DNA of 64,000 nt from Candidatus Limnocylindrus sp. ZSMar2m-chloro-G89 (lineage in GTDB: Bacteria > Chloroflexota > Limnocylindria > Limnocylindrales > Limnocylindraceae), in contig QWRJ01000004.1 in NCBI GenBank assembly GCA_003670475.1, forward strand, positions 622 to 64,621. The letters run 5' to 3'. Under the pieces are notes generated by a model, which was given only the letters and a program-made list of their open reading frames with translations, had not been told where the DNA came from and ran no database searches. The first letter of the stretch is position 1. Every line of letters begins with the position of its first letter. Made by a program: the position numbers and the translations under genes. Of this stretch, positions 53,080 to 61,783 are shown piece after piece.

Positions 53080-54035
53080 GTCGGCGCGTTGCACTCCTCG
53101 CTGGCGGGGTCGGCGGCGCAAAGCTTGGCGACGGCCTCTACCGCGCACTCCCGCGCGGTGAGTTGAGCATCATCGCCAACCCTGGCGACGACTTTGAACT
53201 GCATGGCCTCACCATCTGTCCCGACCACGACACGCTCCTCTACACGCTCGCCGGACTCGGCGACCGTGAACGCGGATGGGGGCTCGCTGGCGAGAGCTGG
53301 AACGCGCTCGACCAGTTCGGCAAGATCGGCGCACCGAACTGGTTCAAGCTCGGCGATCGCGACCTCGCCCTCCACATTCATCGCACGGCACTCCTTAAGG
53401 CGGGTGGCCGTCTCACTGATGTAAACCGAGAGCTGCAGCGGGGGCTAGGCCTTACCGACGCACCGATCCTGATGGCGACCGACGATCCGCTCCGCACCAA
53501 ACTGCGCACGCCGGATGGCTGGATGGAGTTCCAGCCCTGGTTCGTTGGCGCACAGTCGAAGCCTGAGGTGTTGGAGGTTGCCTTTGATGGTGCCGCCACA
53601 ACCCGCATCACACCAGAGGTTGAGCAGGCACTCAACGAGGCAGATCTCATTGTGATCGCGCCATCTAATCCAATGATCTCCATCGCACCGATCCTTGCGG
53701 TTGGCGGCATGAGTGAAGCGATCAGCGCCGCACGCGCGCGCGGCGTCCACGTGATCGGCGTCTCGCCGATCGTTGCTGGAAAGGCGATCAAGGGACCGGC
53801 CGACCGCATGCTCAGCGCCGCCAAACTCCCCTCCTCCCCAGTTGGCGTGGCGCGCGCGCTCCCCGGCCTCTTTGACACGCTGCTCGTGGAAGAGGCTGAC
53901 CTGACGAGCGAGCTGCGCGCCGATCTTGTGCCACTCGTCGCAAACATCGTTGGTGCGCAGATCGTGATGCACGACGACGCCGCACGGCTCAGCCTTGCGC
54001 AGCGCCTCTTGCAGGCTGCGAGCGACGCTGCGTGA
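53076..54035 (+). CDS. cofD: 2-phospho-L-lactate transferase (F420 biosynthesis)
   Basis: VALLAGGVGGAKLGDGL is the N-terminal motif of CofD/FbiA. Both ends overlap neighbouring genes by 4 nt. Confidence 0.88.
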   Translation: MSRRVALLAGGVGGAKLGDGLYRALPRGELSIIANPGDDFELHGLTICPDHDTLLYTLAGLGDRERGWGLAGESWNALDQFGKIGAPNWFKLGDRDLALHIHRTALLKAGGRLTDVNRELQRGLGLTDAPILMATDDPLRTKLRTPDGWMEFQPWFVGAQSKPEVLEVAFDGAATTRITPEVEQALNEADLIVIAPSNPMISIAPILAVGGMSEAISAARARGVHVIGVSPIVAGKAIKGPADRMLSAAKLPSSPVGVARALPGLFDTLLVEEADLTSELRADLVPLVANIVGAQIVMHDDAARLSLAQRLLQAASDAA

Positions 54036-55405
54036 TCACGGCGATCCTCCCCTTCCGCAGCGTTGCCGACTCCAAGCGGCGCATGGAGAGCGCTCTCAGC
54101 GAGCAGGAGCGGATGGAGCTCTCGGCGCGTCTCCTCGTCCGCACACTCGCCGCACTTCGCAACGCGCGCAGCATCGGACGCACGATCCTTGTCTCGCCAG
54201 ATCCGTTGGCACGCGAACTTGCCCGAGCGGCTGGCGCTGAGGCAATTGACGATCACGGCGTGCCGCTCAACGAGGCGATCCGACTTGGACTCGACCGCGC
54301 CACCACGAGTGGCGCATCAGCGGCGCTCATCGTCCCCGTTGATCTAGCGCACGTCTCGGCGATCGCTATTGATGAGCTGACGGAAGCGTGGCGCGCAAGC
54401 GGGGCGGCGAGCGGCATCCTCCCAGCACTCGATGGCGGCACGGCGGCGCTGATCACTCCGCTCCCAACGAGCATGACCCTTCACTACGGCGAAGGGAGCG
54501 CAGCGCTACACCTGCGCGAACTCTCGGCGATCAACAGCAGCGTGCAGCAGCTCAACTCTCTGCTCGCCGCAGATCTTGACACTCCAGAAGACCTGAACGC
54601 CGTCACGGCTGCGCAACCTGGCGCTGATCACGATGGCTTGATCGCACTTCCGATTGATGGGCTCGGTGAGATCCAGCCGAACGACAACCTTCCACAGCTA
54701 ATCGCAGAATCCGTCCAACGCTTCATCAGCAAACGCTCCCTTGGGCCACTCCGCGCCGATGACGTCATCAGCGTCACGCAGAAGATCGTCTCCAAGGCGG
54801 AGGGGGCGATCGTTGATCTCACCAGCATCACTCCACGACCAGAGGCGGTTGCGTACGCTGAGAGGTGGAAGCGCGACGCGCGACAGGTGGAGGTGGTGCT
54901 GCAGGAGGCGGTGCGTGTGGTGCGCATGGATCGCGGCGTGATCATCACCGAGACGGCACATGGCTTCGTCTTGGCAAACTCTGGCGTTGACGCGAGCAAC
55001 GTTGGTCCGCGCAGTGGTGAGATCGTCACCCTCCTCCCGCGTGATCCAGATGCCTCCGCAACACGGATCCGCGCCGCCATCGCCGCGCGTACTGGCGTTG
55101 CACCAGGCGTGATCATCACCGACTCCTTCGGTCGCCCCTGGCGACTCGGCATCACCGACGTTGCGATCGGGCTCGCTGGGATCGCAGCGCTAGACGATCT
55201 GCGCGGTCAGCCAGACGCGGATGGTCGCGTGATGGCGGCCACTGTGCGCGCCGTCGCCGATCAGATCGCCGCCGCAGCGGAGCTCGCGCTCGGCAAGAGT
55301 GCCGGGCGCCCACTCGCCTTCATCCGCGGCGCGAAGCCAGCCCCCACGGAGACAGGGAGCGTCCGCGAGAGCCTGATGCCCCCCGACTGGGATCTCTTCC
55401 GCTGA
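54032..55405 (+). CDS. fused CofC-like guanylyltransferase (N-terminal) and CofE-like F420:glutamyl ligase (C-terminal)
   Basis: The N-terminal half has ILPFRSVADSKRRM...DLDTPEDL (CofC/FbiD-like). The C-terminal half has ISVTQKIVSKAEGAIVDL...ANSGVDASN...ITDSFGRPWR (CofE-like). It is a single 457-aa ORF. Confidence 0.8.
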   Translation: MITAILPFRSVADSKRRMESALSEQERMELSARLLVRTLAALRNARSIGRTILVSPDPLARELARAAGAEAIDDHGVPLNEAIRLGLDRATTSGASAALIVPVDLAHVSAIAIDELTEAWRASGAASGILPALDGGTAALITPLPTSMTLHYGEGSAALHLRELSAINSSVQQLNSLLAADLDTPEDLNAVTAAQPGADHDGLIALPIDGLGEIQPNDNLPQLIAESVQRFISKRSLGPLRADDVISVTQKIVSKAEGAIVDLTSITPRPEAVAYAERWKRDARQVEVVLQEAVRVVRMDRGVIITETAHGFVLANSGVDASNVGPRSGEIVTLLPRDPDASATRIRAAIAARTGVAPGVIITDSFGRPWRLGITDVAIGLAGIAALDDLRGQPDADGRVMAATVRAVADQIAAAAELALGKSAGRPLAFIRGAKPAPTETGSVRESLMPPDWDLFR

Positions 55406-55429
55406 TCGCTCCGTGCGCTGATCGCTCCG
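55400..55429. repeat. 14-nt direct repeat CGCTGATCGCTCCG x2 (16-nt period) at the 3' end of cofC-cofE
   Basis: The copies lie at 55400-55413 and 55416-55429. The first copy contains the TGA stop codon. Confidence 0.8.
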
Positions 55430-55442
55430 CTCAGCAAGCGCC

Positions 55443-55448
55443 TACAAT
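55443..55448 (+). promoter_or_regulatory. candidate -10 box TACAAT, 6 nt before ATG 55455 (trxB)
   Basis: The sequence reads TACAATgagggcATG. Confidence 0.5.
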
Positions 55449-55454
55449 GAGGGC

Positions 55455-56471
55455 ATGACAGAGAAGGGCTTCACGATCGACTTCGGCTCAAGCGATCCAG
55501 CCAGCACACCCGTTGCAGCCCCCGCAGCGAACGTCGCCGCCACCACTTCGCACTCCAAGTTGATGATCTTCGGCTCAGGCCCCGCTGGGCTCACCGCCGC
55601 CATCTATGCGGCGCGCGCGCAGTTGGCGCCAACGCTACTCGCAGGCTACGAACCAGGCGGACAGTTGATGCTCACCAGTGAGGTTGAGAACTTCCCAGGA
55701 TTCCCAGAGGGGATCAATGGACCAGACCTGATGGCGAAGATGATCGCGCAGGCAGAGCGGTTCGGCACGGTGATCGTCAACCAAGATGTTGAACGCGTTG
55801 ATCTCTCCAAGCGACCTTTCCGCGCCTGGAGCGCAGGTCGCGAGTTCACCGCCGATGCGGTGGTGATTGCAACGGGCGCATCTGCGATCTGGCTCGGACT
55901 TGAATCCGAGACGCGACTACGCGGACGCGGCGTCAGCTCGTGCGCCACCTGCGACGGCTTCTTCTTCAAGGGCGAAGAGGTAGCGGTGGTCGGTGGCGGC
56001 GACACCGCACTCGAAGAGGCGCTCTTCCTGACGCGCTTCGCCACCAAGGTGCACCTCCTCGTCCGACGCGACACCTTCCGCGGCAGCAAGATCATGGTGG
56101 CGCGTGCACAGGCGCACGAGAAGATCCAGATCCACTTCAATCGCGAAGTCGTTGAAGTGATCGGCGAGAAGAAGACCGAGGCGCTGGTGCTAAAAGATAC
56201 GAAGAGCGGCGCAACGGAGCAGCTTGCTGTTGGCGGCCTCTTCGTGGCGATCGGCCATAAGCCGAACACCGAACTGCTCGGTGGTGCGCTACCAGTAGAT
56301 GCCGCCGGCTACCTGCAGGTGAAGGAGCACAGCTCCGCATCCGCAATTGATGGTGTCTTTATTGCAGGGGATGTGCATGATCACCGCTACCGCCAGGCGG
56401 TCACCGCCGCCGGCGACGGCTGCCGCGCTGCGCTCGACGCTGAGCGCTGGCTCGCCGAACACGCCGTCTAG
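55455..56471 (+). CDS. trxB: thioredoxin-disulfide reductase
   Basis: CATCDGFFF is the redox centre and GSGPAG is present. An N-terminal extension of about 35 aa is supported by TACAAT 6 nt before the ATG. Confidence 0.92.
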   Translation: MTEKGFTIDFGSSDPASTPVAAPAANVAATTSHSKLMIFGSGPAGLTAAIYAARAQLAPTLLAGYEPGGQLMLTSEVENFPGFPEGINGPDLMAKMIAQAERFGTVIVNQDVERVDLSKRPFRAWSAGREFTADAVVIATGASAIWLGLESETRLRGRGVSSCATCDGFFFKGEEVAVVGGGDTALEEALFLTRFATKVHLLVRRDTFRGSKIMVARAQAHEKIQIHFNREVVEVIGEKKTEALVLKDTKSGATEQLAVGGLFVAIGHKPNTELLGGALPVDAAGYLQVKEHSSASAIDGVFIAGDVHDHRYRQAVTAAGDGCRAALDAERWLAEHAV

Positions 56472-57608
56472 CTAACGCTCTTCGCCAACTCCAACCAGGA
56501 TCGCCGCCGCCGTGCTGAGCGGCATCACGAGAAGCACCCCCGCAGTCCCTACAGCTGCCCGCACAATCTCTACCGCAATAGATTCGCTGCTGATGCGCGT
56601 AAGGATCTCTCCTGGTGCAATCATCGTGTACACAACGAGCGGGAGTGCTGCGGCAAAGTATGCGAGCGGCAGCGTGTTGATCACCGCCGCAATGTGCGCT
56701 CGGCCAACTCGCAGTGCGCGCAGTCCGATTTCACGGTTTGACGCTCGACGTGCACTCTGTCGAAGTTCGTCTACCGCCGCTACCTGCGTTGCTGCCACAT
56801 CGTCAATAATCCCCATCGTGCCAATCAGCGCCGCCGCGAGGCCGATCCCCCGCAGGTCAACGCCGGCTCCTAGAAGCGGCAGCAGATTCAGCAGCTCAGG
56901 ATCACCAGCGAACGGCGTGAAGGCGAGGAGCCTGTCAAGGAGCACTGAGAGGCCGCCAACGGCGATCAGGCTGGCGCCGATTCCAAGAATTGCTGCGGTT
57001 GATCTGCGACTGAAGCCTTCGGTCACAAGTGTGGTGCTCGTTCCAACGGTGAGCGCGATCCCTCCTGCGACTAAGAGCGGAGAGGCTCCTGATAGCAACG
57101 CGGGGAGGCCGAATCGAATGATCAGCAGGCCAGCAACGCAGAGTGCAAGGAGGGCGCGTGCGCCGCGCAGGCCCGCAACGAGAACCACGAGGAGAGCAAG
57201 CGCGATCGCCAGCAGCACGATGCCACCGCCTCGCGATCGATCTGCAACGGCATACTTCGCCCCATCGGACTCGCCGCCAAGATCCACCAGCAAGACCTCA
57301 TCCCCTTTTGCGTACGGGATGGAGCCTGGCACCTCTTCGCTTTGATCGATCGCTGCAACGACGCTCTCCCCCTGCGCTGGGCCCTCAAGTAGCTCAACTG
57401 TGACGCTGCTGGAGTAGCCGCTAACCGGAGCGGTTGGCACCGTGGCGAGGCGCCCACGCAGCAGCGTTGAAGCTCCAGAGTTGACGGGGAGCGACCAGGG
57501 GCTCGGCAGGAGCGCCAGGACGAAGATCAGGAGCAGCCCCGCCACAAGCGGCGTGCCACGAAGGAGAGTCCGCTGCGCGGGGGATCGCTCAGTGCCTCGT
57601 GATGCCAT
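56472..57608 (-). CDS. polytopic membrane protein, YibE/F-like
   Basis: It has an N-terminal TM segment, an extracytoplasmic region of about 100 aa, then about 7 TM segments. The family call rests on architecture only. The ATG sits 6 nt after TAAGGT. Confidence 0.55.
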   Translation of the reverse strand: MASRGTERSPAQRTLLRGTPLVAGLLLIFVLALLPSPWSLPVNSGASTLLRGRLATVPTAPVSGYSSSVTVELLEGPAQGESVVAAIDQSEEVPGSIPYAKGDEVLLVDLGGESDGAKYAVADRSRGGGIVLLAIALALLVVLVAGLRGARALLALCVAGLLIIRFGLPALLSGASPLLVAGGIALTVGTSTTLVTEGFSRRSTAAILGIGASLIAVGGLSVLLDRLLAFTPFAGDPELLNLLPLLGAGVDLRGIGLAAALIGTMGIIDDVAATQVAAVDELRQSARRASNREIGLRALRVGRAHIAAVINTLPLAYFAAALPLVVYTMIAPGEILTRISSESIAVEIVRAAVGTAGVLLVMPLSTAAAILVGVGEER

Positions 57609-57614
57609 GCGCGT

Positions 57615-57620
57615 ACCTTA
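57615..57620 (-). promoter_or_regulatory. candidate -10 box TAAGGT, 6 nt before ATG 57608 (YibE/F-like)
   Basis: The minus strand reads TAAGGTacgcgcATG. Confidence 0.4.
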
Positions 57621-57653
57621 CCCGCCTTTTACGAGGTGTTTACGTGGCAACCC

Positions 57654-57659
57654 TAGACT
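57654..57659 (+). promoter_or_regulatory. candidate -10 box TAGACT, 6 nt before ATG 57666 (DUF971-ppk-CYTH)
   Basis: The sequence reads TAGACTccccctATG. Confidence 0.45.
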
Positions 57660-57665
57660 CCCCCT

Positions 57666-58016
57666 ATGACAGAGAGTGCACACCAAGCCCCCAGTGCGAT
57701 TCGACTCCTGCGCGAGCAGCAGGCGCTTGAGTTGGACTGGCCCGACGGACATCAGAGCCGATTCGCTGCGGTCGCCCTCCGCTGGCTCTGTCCATGCGCC
57801 TACTGCCGCGGTGAGGCGGGGCTCCCCGGCTGGCTCGATGCCAACCCTTCGCTCACCGAGCAGCAGACCACGCTGACTGGCGGGGAGCTCGTGGGAAGTT
57901 ATGCGCTCTGCGCCTTCTGGGGCGACGGACACCGCACCGGTTACTACACCTGGACACTTCTGCGAAAGAACTGCTCCTGCGCAGACTGCCTCGGGCTGCA
58001 AAACCAGAGCAGCTGA
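57666..58016 (+). CDS. DUF971 (gamma-butyrobetaine-hydroxylase-N-terminal-like) protein
   Basis: LELDWPDGHQSRFAAVALRWLCPCAYCRGE is typical of DUF971. The ATG sits 6 nt after TAGACT. The stop overlaps the ppk start (TGATG). Confidence 0.75.
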   Translation: MTESAHQAPSAIRLLREQQALELDWPDGHQSRFAAVALRWLCPCAYCRGEAGLPGWLDANPSLTEQQTTLTGGELVGSYALCAFWGDGHRTGYYTWTLLRKNCSCADCLGLQNQSS

Positions 58017-60103
58017 TGAGCGACGGACACCACGGCCAGAGCAGACACCCGGTCGTCAGTCGCGAGCTCTCCATGCTCGCTTTTAACGCACGCGTCTTGC
58101 ACGAGGCGCAGGATCAGCGCACGCTACTGCTTGACCGCTTCAGGTTCCTCAGCATCGTCTCTTCGAACGTGGATGAATTCTTCAGCGTGCGCGTCTCTGG
58201 CATTCGCGAACAGATTGATGCAGGGCTGCGCGTGCCTGGTGCAGACGGCCGCACGCCACTTGAACAGATGCTCGCGATCCGTGAGTCGGCCGCCCTCCTT
58301 GCAGTAGCGAAGCAAGAGACCTGGAGAGGCCTCGTGAGTGAGCTCTCTGCTGCGGGGGTGCCGTTGGTTCAGTGGACCGACCTGGAAGAGGCGGTGCGAG
58401 AGCGCCTCTCCGCCCGCTTTACACAAGAGATCTTCCCCGTCCTCACACCACTCGCCGTTGACCCCGGGCACCCCTTCCCTTACGTCAGTAGCCTCAGCCT
58501 CTCGCTCGCCGTTCGCCTCAACGATCCAGAGCGGGGTGCAAACTTTTTTGCGCGAGTCAAGGTTCCGCAAATTCTTGGCCGGATTGTTGAAGTTGGCGAC
58601 GGGCGCGTGCTCCTCATCGAAGAGCTGATTAAAGCGCACCTCCACGAGCTCTTCGCGGGACACGAGATTATTGACGCCTACCTATTCCGGATCACGCGCG
58701 ACGCAGATTTTGAGGTTGAGGAGGGGGAGGCCGATGACCTCCTCGCAGCGATTGAAGAGGAGTTGCGACAGCGAAGATTCGGCAAGGTGATTCGATTGGA
58801 GGTGGAGGCAGGCATGTCCGAGGAGGTGCGCGCGCTCCTCCTTGCGGGCCTCTCGCTCAACGCTGATGCGCTTGCGGAAGTAGACGGCGTGCTCGACCTC
58901 ACCGTTGGCGCAGAGATCGCCAGCCTCCCGCACCCCGAACTGCGGGCTCCCACATGGCAGCCGGTCACACCAGCGCGAATCACAGCGGCATCGCACGCCG
59001 CCGATGGCGCGCCAGATCTCTTTGAGGTGATTCGCGAGGGCGACCTCCTGATGCACTATCCCTACGAGAGCTTTGATGCGAGCGCGGAGCGACTCTTCCA
59101 GCAGGCGGCGTCAGACCCTGACGTCCTCTCCATTCGCGCCACGCTCTATCGCACTGGTGCAACCTCAAGTATCCCTGGACACCTTATCCAGGCTGCACGC
59201 GCGGGGAAAGAGGTTGTCGTCCTTGTGGAGCTAAAGGCGCGGTTTGATGAGGCGGCGAACATTGAGTGGGCGAGGCGACTGGAAGAGGCGGGGGCTCACG
59301 TCATCTATGGGATGAGCGGTCTCAAGACGCACTGCAAGGCCACGCTCATCGCACGGCGAGAGGAGGGGGGCATTCGGCGCTACGTGCATCTGTCAACAGG
59401 AAACTACAACCCAAAGACCGCACGCCTCTACACCGATATCGCCCTCTTTACAGCTGAGCAAGATTTTGGCAACGACCTGAGTGCTCTGTTCAACTACCTG
59501 ACCGGCCTCTCGAAGCACGCCGAATACCAGCGCCTCCTCGTAGCGCCAACGCAGCTAAGGAGCGCCCTTCGGCAGCGCATTCTGGCGGCAACCGAGGAGG
59601 CGAAGCGGGGTGGCAGCCCGTACATCGCCGCTAAGGTCAACGCGCTCGTTGACGTGGAGATGATCGCCCTTCTCGATGAAGCGGCTGAGCACGGCGTGCG
59701 AGTGGACCTGATCGTCCGCGGAATGTGCGGGCTCCTCCCCGACCCAGCCCGACACGGTGATCGACTCCAAATCCGCTCGATCGTTGGCGAGTTCCTCGAG
59801 CACAGCCGCATCTACCACTTTGAATACGACGGCCGATCTGAATGGTTTGCGGGCAGCGCCGACCTGATGGACCGCAACCTTGATCGCCGCGTTGAGGCGC
59901 TCTTCCCACTTATCAACGCCGAATCGGTGCGACGCTGTGAAGAGGTGCTTGAGGTGCTCCTGGGCGACGTTCGCAACAGTTGGATCTTGCAACCGGACGG
60001 CGCCTGGCTGCGACTCGAAGAGATGGCGAGCAGCCACGAGAAGAGAGAGATGCGCTCAGCTTTCGCTGACTTCAAGCGCGTCGCAAGCGCCGCCGCGGAG
60101 TGA
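58016..60103 (+). CDS. ppk: polyphosphate kinase 1
   Basis: The product is 695 aa. NRELSMLAFNARVLHEAQD is typical of the PPK1 N-terminus, and YVHLSTGNYN marks the PLD-like C-terminal domains. Confidence 0.95.
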   Translation: MSDGHHGQSRHPVVSRELSMLAFNARVLHEAQDQRTLLLDRFRFLSIVSSNVDEFFSVRVSGIREQIDAGLRVPGADGRTPLEQMLAIRESAALLAVAKQETWRGLVSELSAAGVPLVQWTDLEEAVRERLSARFTQEIFPVLTPLAVDPGHPFPYVSSLSLSLAVRLNDPERGANFFARVKVPQILGRIVEVGDGRVLLIEELIKAHLHELFAGHEIIDAYLFRITRDADFEVEEGEADDLLAAIEEELRQRRFGKVIRLEVEAGMSEEVRALLLAGLSLNADALAEVDGVLDLTVGAEIASLPHPELRAPTWQPVTPARITAASHAADGAPDLFEVIREGDLLMHYPYESFDASAERLFQQAASDPDVLSIRATLYRTGATSSIPGHLIQAARAGKEVVVLVELKARFDEAANIEWARRLEEAGAHVIYGMSGLKTHCKATLIARREEGGIRRYVHLSTGNYNPKTARLYTDIALFTAEQDFGNDLSALFNYLTGLSKHAEYQRLLVAPTQLRSALRQRILAATEEAKRGGSPYIAAKVNALVDVEMIALLDEAAEHGVRVDLIVRGMCGLLPDPARHGDRLQIRSIVGEFLEHSRIYHFEYDGRSEWFAGSADLMDRNLDRRVEALFPLINAESVRRCEEVLEVLLGDVRNSWILQPDGAWLRLEEMASSHEKREMRSAFADFKRVASAAAE

Positions 60104-60720
60104 GCACGGCCCGCGAGAGGGAGCTCAAGTACCTCTATGCGTTGACGCAGACCCCGCAACTCCCAGAAGGCTGGTCACTCGGAGAGGAGGCGGCGCCTCT
60201 CACGTTGCAGGACACCTACCTCGACCACGCTGGGCTACTCAACGCGCGGGGCTGGTCACTACGTAGGCGTGCGATCAACGGTGGGGAGATTGGGTACACG
60301 TTGAAGCGCGGTGCTAGAACGGTCGGCGCACTCCACAACAGGGAAGAGGTTGAGGCCCTCGCTCGTAACGCTTCAGGCGCCACGAGCGCAAGTGCACTGC
60401 CAGCAGAGATCAGCGACCTCATCGTGGACGAGTTCGGCGCAGAGCTCACAACGCAACTACAACCAACCGTCACGCTAACCCAGCAGCGCCGCACCTGGCC
60501 GCTGATGCATACGGGAGTCACCGTTGCCATCTGCTCTATTGACCAGGTTCAGTCCGCGTCAGATGCGTGGAGCGAGCTTGAGATTGAATTCCTCACGTCG
60601 CTCGGCGAGGAGAAGGTTGCGCAGCTTGCGAAGGAGATTGACGACGCGCTGCGCAACGAGCCCGGAGTCTCCCCCAGCACCGAATCGAAGGCCGAACGTG
60701 CGCGAAGGCTAGCGCTGTGA
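60100..60720 (+). CDS. CYTH-domain (triphosphate tunnel metalloenzyme) protein
   Basis: The N-terminal ERELKY contains the ExExK motif, and Arg/Lys strands and ELEIEF follow later. The GTG start overlaps the ppk stop (GTGA). Confidence 0.75.
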   Translation: MSTARERELKYLYALTQTPQLPEGWSLGEEAAPLTLQDTYLDHAGLLNARGWSLRRRAINGGEIGYTLKRGARTVGALHNREEVEALARNASGATSASALPAEISDLIVDEFGAELTTQLQPTVTLTQQRRTWPLMHTGVTVAICSIDQVQSASDAWSELEIEFLTSLGEEKVAQLAKEIDDALRNEPGVSPSTESKAERARRLAL

Positions 60721-61728
60721 GGTAACGAGCGAAGCGAGCGCGTTCCGCCAATCTGAACCGCCGAGCGCCTCAGCAATGATCACCCCTTCGCGGATCCCAC
60801 CGCGATCCACCGAAAGGTTCGTCACATCAGTCTGCTTTAGGAGCGCCTCGAGGATCGTGAGCCCAGCGGGAAGGAGTCGTGCGCGTCGCTCAGAGAGGGC
60901 GAAGTTGGAAGAGATCTCAACAGAGGTGAGTGATGAGAGCCGCTCCCCCATCAGGGCAAGATCTTCCGGGCGAATGGAATGCGTGAGGAGGGTCTCGGGC
61001 ACCAGCTTAAGGAGTCGAGTCGCAGTGCCTCCAACGAGTACAAGACGCCGTGCATCCGTAGCCGGCAGCGCCTGAAAGGCGTCATGCGCCTGCTCGCGTA
61101 ACTCGCGCCACTCGCGCAACTTCGGTGGGTCGCTGTAGTTGACCCGCGCCATCAGCCGTGCCGATCCAATTGAGAAGCCGTGCGCCTCTGGCCGCTTCCC
61201 TGGAGCGAGGCTCACGATCTCCGTTGAACCGCCACCGATATCACCCACCAAGAGTGGCGTTGATCGATCGTGCGGGTGGATGAGACCGAGAACGGTGAGC
61301 AGGCCCTCCTCCTCATGCGAGAGCACAACTGGCTCAATTCCGACCTTGTTACGCAACGCCTTGAGCACATCACTCCGATCCTTTGCGCGACGCAGTGGTT
61401 CGGTAGCCACAACGGAGAGTGAGTGCGCACCGAGCCTCGTCGCTCGAAGATGGAAGCGCTCAAGCGCCTCAATCACATCATCTGTCCCCTTGCTTCCGAT
61501 CTCCTGCCGCCGCTCTACGAGCCGACCGAGATCGGAGGGGATTGACTCATCGGTCAACGGGCTGAGCCGGACTCCATCGGTGATGGCAACCAGAAGGTGG
61601 ATCGAGTTTGAGCCGATGTCCGCGACTGCGCCGATGCGGGGAGGCCTGGCGTTAATCGCGCGTTGATCTGCGGCGCTTCGCCTCACTGTAGGCCGTCGCG
61701 GGGTGGAGGCTAAATCGCTACGCTTCAC
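60709..61728 (-). CDS. ppx: Ppx/GppA-family exopolyphosphatase
   Basis: AVADIGSNSIHLLVA and DIGGGSTE are ASKHA phosphate-binding motifs. The GTG start sits 6 nt after TAGGAT. Confidence 0.88.
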   Translation of the reverse strand: MKRSDLASTPRRPTVRRSAADQRAINARPPRIGAVADIGSNSIHLLVAITDGVRLSPLTDESIPSDLGRLVERRQEIGSKGTDDVIEALERFHLRATRLGAHSLSVVATEPLRRAKDRSDVLKALRNKVGIEPVVLSHEEEGLLTVLGLIHPHDRSTPLLVGDIGGGSTEIVSLAPGKRPEAHGFSIGSARLMARVNYSDPPKLREWRELREQAHDAFQALPATDARRLVLVGGTATRLLKLVPETLLTHSIRPEDLALMGERLSSLTSVEISSNFALSERRARLLPAGLTILEALLKQTDVTNLSVDRGGIREGVIIAEALGGSDWRNALASLVTSQR

Positions 61729-61734
61729 CCTGGC

Positions 61735-61740
61735 ATCCTA
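61735..61740 (-). promoter_or_regulatory. candidate -10 box TAGGAT, 6 nt before GTG 61728 (ppx)
   Basis: The minus strand reads TAGGATgccaggGTG. Confidence 0.4.
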
Positions 61741-61783
61741 GCGGCACGCTACGATACGTGAGTAATCGGAGAGCCTAGGGGGG

